From NCBI GenBank assembly GCA_016700375.1, contig CP065016.1:1140001-1172000 (forward strand): a stretch of DNA of 32,000 nucleotides, given 5' to 3'. Shown in pieces: positions 7,970-15,007 of the stretch. This DNA is from Candidatus Saccharimonadota bacterium (GTDB lineage Bacteria > Patescibacteriota > Saccharimonadia > Saccharimonadales > UBA4665). Each line of letters begins with the position of its first letter. Within the stretch, counting starts at the first letter, position 1. The notes beneath the pieces are model-generated. The model did not search any database. It was not told the origin of the DNA and was given only the letters and a program-made list of their open reading frames with translations. The position numbers and the translations under genes are program-made.

Positions 7970-9394
7970 ATGGGCCAAGAAGACGCCAAAAACAAACACA
8001 TCGTTATCATTGGCGCCGGAACTACCGGCATAATGGTTGCAAATAAGCTGGTGAAGTCTGGCCACCATGTAACGGTTATTGACCCGGCTAAAACACATTA
8101 CTATCAGCCCGGCTTTCTGTTTGTCCCGTTTGGGCAGTACCAGTTGAACCAGCTGAGAAAGCCACTTGTTCGCCTGCTCCGAAAAAGGGTTAATCACCTT
8201 CGAGCCGTGGTGCAAAGCCTGCAGCCTGCCGAGAAAACACTGCAACTCGACTCGGGTGAGTGTGTTCGCTACGATGTTTTGGTTATAGCCACGGGTACAC
8301 AAACAGACCCAACCATGACGGAAGGGCTTGTGGGTGAGGGCTGGCGCAAAGACATTCACGATTACTACACTCCCGATGGTGCCGAGGCGCTACGCCAGGC
8401 TCTTCAGAAGTTTCAGGGTGGCAACCTGGTTGTGCAGATTATGGAAATGCCTATCAAATGCCCAGTCGCGCCCCTGGAGTTCACCTTCTTGGCAGATGAT
8501 TACTTCAAGCGCCGTAAGATGCGCGAGAAAGTAAAGTTAACATACGTAACGCCGCTTCCCGGGGCTTTCACCAAGCCAGTCGCCGCTGCCAAGCTTAGCC
8601 ACATGCTCTCAGACCGTAGCGTCGAAGTGGTAACAGATTTTCTTACCGAAAAGGTGGACCAAGCAGCCAAAAAAGTCGTGTGTTACGATGGCCGCGAAGT
8701 GCCGTATGACCTGCTTGTTTGCGTGCCTATGAACGTTGGTGCGAAGTTTTTGCAAGGCAATGAGCTCGTGAATGATGTGGAGTTTGTGGAAGTAAATCAC
8801 CACAGCCTACAGTCTACTAAGTACCCACATATTTTTGCTATAGGCGACGCCGCTGATGTACCAACAAGTAAGGCGGGGTCGGTCGGGCACTTCGAGGCTC
8901 ACACACTCCGGCGAAACATCGACCACTTTTTGGCTGGTCGCCCAGTGGAAGAAACATTTGATGGCCACAGTAATTGCTTTGTAGAATGTGGCGGTGGTAA
9001 GGCGCTGCTGCTTGATTTTAACTACGACACGCAGCCATACGAAGGTACCTTCCCGTTTGCAGGCATTGGCCCGATGAAGCTGCTTAACCCCAGCCGGTTG
9101 AACCACTGGGGGAAACTGGCTTTTCGCTGGATCTACTGGCACATGCTTTTGCCTGGCCGCAGGATTCCGTTTATCCCTGAACAAATGAGTTTGAAAGGGA
9201 AGAATATTCCAGCCGATACTAGAGTATCAGAGAGTTATGAGACAAGAGACATGAGTCAAGATGTACCGGCGCAATCCCAGGTGAAACCACCAGAGGAAAA
9301 TGAACCATCCCAGGTGGAACAACCACAAGTTTCTAGTGTGCCAAATGAACAACCAAATCAACTAAATCAACCGAAGGAGGGTGGTCGTGAATAA
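7970..9394 (+). CDS. Sulfide:quinone-oxidoreductase-like NAD(P)/FAD-dependent oxidoreductase with a Gln/Pro/Glu-rich C-terminal tail
   Basis: Rossmann motif HIVIIGAGTTG, Cys motifs PIKCPVAPLEF and HSNCFVECGGG, and FAIGDAADVPTSKAGS. AAGGAG lies 8 nt upstream of the ATG at 7970. The last ~60 aa are low-complexity. Confidence 0.8.
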   Translation: MGQEDAKNKHIVIIGAGTTGIMVANKLVKSGHHVTVIDPAKTHYYQPGFLFVPFGQYQLNQLRKPLVRLLRKRVNHLRAVVQSLQPAEKTLQLDSGECVRYDVLVIATGTQTDPTMTEGLVGEGWRKDIHDYYTPDGAEALRQALQKFQGGNLVVQIMEMPIKCPVAPLEFTFLADDYFKRRKMREKVKLTYVTPLPGAFTKPVAAAKLSHMLSDRSVEVVTDFLTEKVDQAAKKVVCYDGREVPYDLLVCVPMNVGAKFLQGNELVNDVEFVEVNHHSLQSTKYPHIFAIGDAADVPTSKAGSVGHFEAHTLRRNIDHFLAGRPVEETFDGHSNCFVECGGGKALLLDFNYDTQPYEGTFPFAGIGPMKLLNPSRLNHWGKLAFRWIYWHMLLPGRRIPFIPEQMSLKGKNIPADTRVSESYETRDMSQDVPAQSQVKPPEENEPSQVEQPQVSSVPNEQPNQLNQPKEGGRE

Positions 9395-9698
9395 AACCAT
9401 TGCTGGCCAAGAAGTCGATGTCGACGTAGAAGGCTACATGACGAACAAAGATGCCTGGAACGGCGAAATTGCCACGGCAATTGCTGCGGAACTGGGCATA
9501 CATGAACTTTCGCAAAAGCACTGGGATGTGCTGAACTGGCTCCGTGAACAGGTTGCGCAAGGGGTTGAACTCAACATTCGCAAAGTTGGTAGTTCCGGAA
9601 TTGTCGACATAAAGGAGTTCTACCAGCTGTTTCCCGGCGGCCCACTAAAAAATGCCAGCAAAATTGCCGGATTACATAAACCAACAAGCTGTCTGTAG
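9387..9698 (+). CDS. TusE/DsrC-family sulfur-relay protein (single C-terminal Cys type)
   Basis: VDVEGYM...WDVLNWLRE...LFPGGPLKNASKIAGLHKPTSCL parallels the E. coli TusE architecture and its ...AGLPKP..C. end. The likely GTG start at 9387 follows GAAGGAGG and overlaps the upstream stop (GTGAATAA). The ORF-track start is 9381. Confidence 0.85.
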   Translation: MNKTIAGQEVDVDVEGYMTNKDAWNGEIATAIAAELGIHELSQKHWDVLNWLREQVAQGVELNIRKVGSSGIVDIKEFYQLFPGGPLKNASKIAGLHKPTSCL

Positions 9699-9706
9699 GA
9701 GGCACT

Positions 9707-10279
9707 ATGTCAGAACAACACCCGCACAAAACTGAACACACTGGCCACGAAATGTGTCATGTCTGCAACCAATGCAAAGACTGTCATGCCTGCCGCTGCG
9801 AAACGCAGCAGGGCCCAGCACTGAAAAAAATGATGATTATTGTGAGCAAGGCAGGTATAGACAGCGTGTACGCCGCGCTCATCCTGGCGAACGGCGCTCG
9901 CAGCGAAGGCATAGAGTGCGACATGTTCTTTACGTTCTTTGGCCTCGACGCCATCACCAAAAAACGCATGGAGCACTTAAAGGTTGCTATGAGTGGTAAC
10001 CCAGGTATGCATATGCCGGAAATTGCCGGGGTCGTACCTGGCATGGAGACCTTTGCAACACACATGATGCAAAAGCGCATGGCCGAGCTTGATATACCGG
10101 GCGTAAGCGAATTCCTCGACATTATCAAGGCGGCTGGCGGGCACGTGTATGCCTGCAAGCTTGCCATGGAAATGTTTAAACTAGAACAAAGCGACCTGTG
10201 GGATGACACGGACGGCGTGCTTACCGTCGGCCAGTTTTACGAACGCTATGTGCCAGGTAGCCAAATCATCTTTATCTAG
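9707..10279 (+). CDS. DsrE/DsrF-like (DrsE_2-type) protein with a Cys/His-rich N-terminal extension
   Basis: Core MMIIVSKAGIDSVYAALILANGA...CDMFFTFFGLD...YACKLAMEMF is typical of DsrE-family proteins. The N-terminal 36 aa are HPHKTEHTGHEMCHVCNQCKDCHACRC. AGGAGG lies 5 nt upstream. Confidence 0.8.
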   Translation: MSEQHPHKTEHTGHEMCHVCNQCKDCHACRCETQQGPALKKMMIIVSKAGIDSVYAALILANGARSEGIECDMFFTFFGLDAITKKRMEHLKVAMSGNPGMHMPEIAGVVPGMETFATHMMQKRMAELDIPGVSEFLDIIKAAGGHVYACKLAMEMFKLEQSDLWDDTDGVLTVGQFYERYVPGSQIIFI

Positions 10280-10664
10280 CACGAATTTCGCACCAGCCAG
10301 CCTCCCGCCCAGCGAAGTTGGCCGCACCGCTGGCTTCTCCCCACCCCAATGAATCGTTCCGATACCTTGGGAGCCCCGGTTCGACTCCTGCACATTTTTC
10401 CTCTCCGGTACATCGGCTTCGCCTCTTTTCTCACTGCTCGGAAAGAAAAAGTAAACTTCTTTCTTTCCTGCGCGACTGCGACACCACTCGCCGTAGTACA
10501 GTACGGCTCCTGGAGCCTGTCCTGAACTTGATTCAGGATGCTTCAAGGAGAAAATGCACATGAACTCAAAGTGCGAAACGCGTGTCTAGCGCGATTTAGT
10601 TCCAGTTCGTGTTTGGGTTCTCTACTAGCTTGACCCGCTGCTAAAATACTCTACAGTGTATGGT

Positions 10665-10907
10665 ATGAAACATGTGGTGAGGCGCTTGTTTATTTTTGGT
10701 TACGCGCTTGCGTGCGTCATTGCATCTTGTGCACCCGCCTCGGCACAACAAGTAACTTTTTCACAGCAAATCAAGCCGCTCGTCTGCACGGTAGACATAG
10801 TGGTAGCTGGCGCAACCATGACCTTCAATCTGTATCCCGACGAGTGCAAGCACTCGGCAGCTGCTCGGCAACTACTTGCTGACACAAAAGCAAGTCGCTA
10901 CGAATAA
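10665..10907 (+). CDS. Small secreted hypothetical protein
   Basis: An ~80-aa ORF with a signal-peptide-like N-terminus (MKHVVRRLFIFGYALACVIASCAPASA) and three further Cys residues. I recognise no homology. The 3' end overlaps prs convergently by 10 nt. Confidence 0.4.
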   Translation: MKHVVRRLFIFGYALACVIASCAPASAQQVTFSQQIKPLVCTVDIVVAGATMTFNLYPDECKHSAAARQLLADTKASRYE

Positions 10908-11917
10908 TTACGGCCGTCAAAAAGGTCAGACACGGAGCCGCCGGTGGCTATTTCGTGCAGGGCTGTTGCTATCATGGGGGCAACTGGTATGACGGTGAGT
11001 TTATCGCCAAGAACCTTTTTGGCGTAATCGATGGGTACTGTATCGGTTACGATTAATTTGTCTATAGCACCACCTTCAAGACGCTCTATTGCTGGGTCGG
11101 AGAGCAGGGCGTGTGTTGCACTCGCAATAACCGCAGTCGCGCCAGACTTACGGAGCGTCTCGGCGGCCGTTACAAGTGTGCCAGCAGTATCTATCATGTC
11201 GTCTGTCATGAAGCATATACGGCCCTCGACGCCCTGAAGCTTCTTGGGGCGAATAAGTTTGCTACTGTCGTGCCGGTCACGGGTCTTTTGCAGGTGACGC
11301 AAGCGAACACCCAGGATATCAGCAGCCCGCTCGGCATCTTTGGCTCGACCGGTGTCTGGCGAAACAATGGCAAAAAGTTCTGGGTCGCGGTCGCCCATCT
11401 CAGTTTTTAGCCCATCTAAAATGAGTCGTTCGGCTATGAGGTGGTCAAACGGTCCATGAAATGTTCCCTGTACCTGCGACGAGTGCATGTCTATAGTGAC
11501 CAAGCGGTGCGCACCAGCCATCTCAAGCATGCGCGTGACCACGGCAGCCGAAATTGGTTCGCGCCCTTTTGCTTTTCGGTCCTGTCGGCTGTAGCCAAGG
11601 TATGGTATGACGACTGTTATTTCGCGGGCAGATGAACGGCGTGCTGCATCTATGAGCAGCATAGTTTCCATAAGCGCGTCATTCACCGAAAGGTGCCGTT
11701 TATAATCATGCGCAAATGTTTGAATAATAATGACGTGCTTGCCGCGTACCGACTGCTCGTACTGGACATACAGTTCACTGTTTGCAAAGCGCTTCCGGTT
11801 GACCGGACCAAGCTCTAGCCCCATGTGTTTAACACTTTCCTCAGCAAGCTTTGGGTGAACCGTACCAGTTACTATATATAAATCATCTGGGTTGATAGTA
11901 ACCTTGGTTCCGTTCAT
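10898..11917 (-). CDS. prs: Ribose-phosphate pyrophosphokinase
   Basis: 339 aa with YSRQDRK, TIDMHSSQVQGTF and the PRPP-binding loop MTDDMIDTAGT. Confidence 0.93.
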   Translation of the reverse strand: MNGTKVTINPDDLYIVTGTVHPKLAEESVKHMGLELGPVNRKRFANSELYVQYEQSVRGKHVIIIQTFAHDYKRHLSVNDALMETMLLIDAARRSSAREITVVIPYLGYSRQDRKAKGREPISAAVVTRMLEMAGAHRLVTIDMHSSQVQGTFHGPFDHLIAERLILDGLKTEMGDRDPELFAIVSPDTGRAKDAERAADILGVRLRHLQKTRDRHDSSKLIRPKKLQGVEGRICFMTDDMIDTAGTLVTAAETLRKSGATAVIASATHALLSDPAIERLEGGAIDKLIVTDTVPIDYAKKVLGDKLTVIPVAPMIATALHEIATGGSVSDLFDGRNYS

Positions 11918-11984
11918 AGTGAGCTAAGCCTCTCTTTAAACCTATTTCTTCCAGAGTATAGCGAAAACATGCAGAATGCAATGA

Positions 11985-12746
11985 TTATGGACGGAGCGTG
12001 CCACCAAAGACCTGCCACGCCAAGAGCGATTTGGCCACAAGGCTCAAAATGATGTAGGCGCGTTCGCCGTAGAGGTAATCGCGCCATTTACCAACCTGCT
12101 TGTACTGCAGCACCATATTCAGCGCAAAGCAGCTGAAAAATACGAAAATAGAGACAGATATCCAGTACACAAACGTTGGGGCGGCACTCCCATTGGCTGC
12201 TCCGAGCCACATATAAAATGCCACGACTACCCAAGGGATGAGGCCAGCGAAGGTACCAAGGTTGAAGCTGAGCCAATTAGTCTTTTTGGTGGTTTGGTTG
12301 TGCACTTCCATGACGAGCCCGAGCAGGTTCATGACGGCGGTCAGGCTAAACATCATCAGCAGTGAACTGAAATCGTAGATACCCACTAACATGCCAATGG
12401 CGACCATCATGGTGCTGGCCGAAATGGCGTATTCGACCCAGCGTAGTTTGTTTATGCCGAGTTTGAGGTCGGCAGCATAGCGCCTGTTGTACACAGTGGC
12501 GATAGTAAAGTGGAAAAAGGCCGAGAGGAAAAAGAAGGCAGCAATCAGCCAGGGCAGGTCAACGTTAAAAAGCGTCGTTGTTGTCGGTTGGAGTGACTGG
12601 GTTGCTTTGTCGAACTCGAGGTAGTTACCGCTAACGGGCACAGGCAATGACTTGCTGAGTAAGAGGACCGCCACGGCTTGCGCCAGATGCAAGCAGCCGG
12701 CGATGATATTGAGTTTCTTGAGTGACCGCGCGGTTATTTTCTTCAT
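11985..12746 (-). CDS. Heliorhodopsin
   Basis: 253 aa, 7 TM. It has IAGCLHLAQ, FFHFTI, RWVEYAISAS (counterion Glu) and ERAYIILSLVAKSLLAWQVFGGTL (retinal Lys). It is collinear with heliorhodopsin 48C12 as I recall that sequence. Confidence 0.88.
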   Translation of the reverse strand: MKKITARSLKKLNIIAGCLHLAQAVAVLLLSKSLPVPVSGNYLEFDKATQSLQPTTTTLFNVDLPWLIAAFFFLSAFFHFTIATVYNRRYAADLKLGINKLRWVEYAISASTMMVAIGMLVGIYDFSSLLMMFSLTAVMNLLGLVMEVHNQTTKKTNWLSFNLGTFAGLIPWVVVAFYMWLGAANGSAAPTFVYWISVSIFVFFSCFALNMVLQYKQVGKWRDYLYGERAYIILSLVAKSLLAWQVFGGTLRP

Positions 12747-12864
12747 AGAATAAATGTAGCATATAACGCTATAAAATCATGCGCCGCACCCGGAATACCC
12801 TTGTGGCAAGTAGCTCAAGAGAACGCTGCGCGGGAACAACCCCATTTTTCCCAACAAGAATTAG

Positions 12865-13167
12865 CTAAAAAACATCTTCGATGTAAATAGTAAATTTACA
12901 CCTATCTCCGGTCGATATTTTAGCCCTTTTTCGTACATCTTGCTTTATGGGAAGTAGGTAAGAACCTGTTTTTCTGTCTGGGAATATCGATGTAAACCAT
13001 TCGGTATCGTTTACTGCTGCCCGTACTCGTATTGAGCCGAAACCCCTTTTCGGTGATGTACTTGTAACCAGCTTTATGTCCTGGGCAATCTTTGCGGGAA
13101 GGGTGGCAAAAACCCATGCTCCTTCTCCTGGGTAAAGCCATAGTTCAGAACTGAACGCAAATTGCAT
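12865..13167 (-). CDS. DUF1905 domain protein
   Basis: 100 aa. AWVFATLP...FGSIRVRAAVNDTEWFTSIFP...YLLPIK matches the DUF1905 pattern. An extended -10 (TGATATCAT) lies 6 nt before the ATG. Confidence 0.8.
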   Translation of the reverse strand: MQFAFSSELWLYPGEGAWVFATLPAKIAQDIKLVTSTSPKRGFGSIRVRAAVNDTEWFTSIFPDRKTGSYLLPIKQDVRKRAKISTGDRCKFTIYIEDVF

Positions 13168-13326
13168 AGTTTTATGATATCAAAAGCTATCTCCACAGAA
13201 GCCATAGATTAATGAATGGCAAAGTGGTAAGAGGCTCTTTAACCCGCGCCGCTACCTATCTCCCATGAAAGTCGGAAAGGAGGGACTCACCGGCACGGCA
13301 GCTTTGTTAGTGAGGTCATTTCTCTC

Positions 13327-13370
13327 CAAAGAAAAACACCCCATCCTTGGGGAGGGGGTGTTTTTCTTTG
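13327..13370. terminator. Bidirectional hairpin terminator next to tRNA-Lys
   Basis: caaagaaaaacaccccatcc-ttgg-ggagggggtgtttttctttg forms a 20-bp stem with one mismatch. Both arms contain A or T runs. Confidence 0.65.
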
Positions 13371-13445
13371 GAGGGTCAGGAGGGACTTGAACCCTCGACA
13401 TTCTGCTTAAGAGGCAGACGCTCTAACCAGCTGAGCTACTGACCC
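13369..13445 (-). tRNA. tRNA-Lys (anticodon CTT), CCA encoded
   Basis: The reverse complement GGGTCAGTAGCTCAGCTGGTTAGAGCGTCTGCCTCTTAAGCAGAATGTCGAGGGTTCAAGTCCCTCCTGACCCTCCA folds as a clean cloverleaf. Confidence 0.92.
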
Positions 13446-13536
13446 GGGTAGTGTTACACCTTTTTAATACGGGTTTAACAGGCGAAAGTGTACCAAAATA
13501 CCTCTGTTTTGGCAAGAGTACGCCACGACTGATACA

Positions 13537-14352
13537 ATGAGTGACATGAAATTACTCAATGGCCTCGAATTAGCAGGGTTTATCAAAGAGCGGCAGGCAA
13601 AAGATGTCCGGCGCGTCAAGCAAACAATGGGCGTGCAGCCCAAGCTGGCCATAGTCTACACTCTCGAACACGGCCCCAGCCTAACCTACATGGGCATGAA
13701 ACAGCGTTACGGTGCGGATATTGGCGTAGATGTAGACATACACTATGTTGAGCAGGCAAAGGTTACAGGATTGCTTGCCAACCTAAACGCCGATACGAAC
13801 GTACACGGTATAATCGTGCAGCTACCGCTGGCTGATGCATCCGAAACAGATGAAGTAGTAAACGCAATTGCCCCCGAAAAGGATGTGGATGGGCTGGGCG
13901 AAACAGCGCCGTACACCCCAGCAACACCTATGGCTATACTCTGGCTCTTGGCAGGCTATAATGTTGACCTCCAAAACGCACGCATTGCCCTCATTGGGCG
14001 TGGCAAGTTGGTGGGCGCACCGCTCATCAAGATGTTTACAGAAAGCGGCTACAACTTTGTGCTCATTCATAGTCAGACGCCAAATACGAAAGAACTGTGC
14101 TTGGAAGCAGACGTTATCATTACCGCGACCGGCCGTGCCGGGCTCATTACCTCAGACATGGTGAAGCCGGGTGCGGTGGTATGCGATGCTGGAGTGGCTG
14201 GCGAAAAGGGCAAAACCGTTGGCGATGTTGCAGACGATGTCTACGAACGCGACGACATTACGCTCACCCCGCGCAAGGGCGGTGTTGGCCCGCTCACCAT
14301 TTGTGCCCTCTTTGAAAACACTATCCGCGCCGCCGAGGCTAGCGCGAAATAG
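13537..14352 (+). CDS. folD: Bifunctional methylenetetrahydrofolate dehydrogenase / methenyl-THF cyclohydrolase
   Basis: HGIIVQLPLA, VDGL, IGRGKLVGAPL and PRKGGVGPLT motifs. The start may instead be ATG 13546, which would be leaderless: TACAAT at 13533-13538. Confidence 0.9.
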   Translation: MSDMKLLNGLELAGFIKERQAKDVRRVKQTMGVQPKLAIVYTLEHGPSLTYMGMKQRYGADIGVDVDIHYVEQAKVTGLLANLNADTNVHGIIVQLPLADASETDEVVNAIAPEKDVDGLGETAPYTPATPMAILWLLAGYNVDLQNARIALIGRGKLVGAPLIKMFTESGYNFVLIHSQTPNTKELCLEADVIITATGRAGLITSDMVKPGAVVCDAGVAGEKGKTVGDVADDVYERDDITLTPRKGGVGPLTICALFENTIRAAEASAK

Positions 14353-14356
14353 TGCT

Positions 14357-15007
14357 ATGAAAATAGGTGTATTTGACTCGGGCATTGGCGGGTTGAGCGT
14401 CGCACAAGCAATAGAGCGGGCTTTGCCTGAACACTCCGTTGTATTTCGCCATGACTCTCCAGAGCACTTTCCGTATGCTACAAAATCGCCAGATGAACTT
14501 TTTGGGTACGTTGTGCCCGTGGTACACTCGCTCGTAGACGATGGGTGCCAGGTAGTTGTTATAGCATGCAACACAGTAACGACAACCCTTATCTCAAGAT
14601 TACGCGAACATTTCAGCGTGCCGCTTGTCGCTGTTGAGCCGATGATTAAGCCCGCCGCCAAAATGACAAAGACTGGCGTCATTGCTGTTTGTGCAACGCC
14701 GACAACACTTGCCAGCCCTCGGTACAGCAAACTAAAACAGCTGCATGCCCAAGGCCTTACTGTACTCGAACCGGATTGTAGTGATTGGTCCGTGCTTATC
14801 GAACACGACGCCATGAACCGAGCACGCTTAGAGGAAGTGATTGAGCCCGTTTTGCGTGCGGGTGCCGACGTCCTTGTTCTTGGGTGTACGCATTATCATT
14901 GGATACAGGACGAAATTCAGGCGCTATGTCGCGACCGAGCTCAAGTTATGCAACCAGAAGAAGCTATTGTTGCCGAGCTTAGACGAGTGATTGCAGAACT
15001 TGCTTGA
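14357..15007 (+). CDS. murI: Glutamate racemase
   Basis: MKIGVFDSGIGGLSV, VIACNTVT and LGCTHYHW (the two catalytic Cys motifs). The ORF-track N-terminal extension (from 14171) overlaps folD and is rejected. Confidence 0.9.
   Translation: MKIGVFDSGIGGLSVAQAIERALPEHSVVFRHDSPEHFPYATKSPDELFGYVVPVVHSLVDDGCQVVVIACNTVTTTLISRLREHFSVPLVAVEPMIKPAAKMTKTGVIAVCATPTTLASPRYSKLKQLHAQGLTVLEPDCSDWSVLIEHDAMNRARLEEVIEPVLRAGADVLVLGCTHYHWIQDEIQALCRDRAQVMQPEEAIVAELRRVIAELA

Noticed and set aside
10370-10395. tRNA- or tmRNA-like T-arm string GGTTCGACTCC.
   Set aside because: I could not build a matching T-stem, acceptor stem or CCA end around it on either strand. At best it is a decayed fragment.
10181-10561. 126-aa minus-strand ORF spanning the intergenic region after the DsrE-family gene.
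   Set aside because: It overlaps the DsrE-family gene's 3' end, runs through hairpin repeats, has no RBS and has odd composition. I treat it as noncoding.
13190-13326. Possible SRP (4.5S) or other small RNA next to tRNA-Lys (contains GUCGGAAAGGAGG).
   Set aside because: I could not reproduce the SRP domain IV helix, GNRA loop or symmetric loops on either strand. It is left unassigned, and a cmsearch would settle it.
14152-14814. 220-aa minus-strand ORF.
   Set aside because: It is fully antisense to the folD 3' end and murI, both of which carry diagnostic motifs. The ORF product has no recognisable features.
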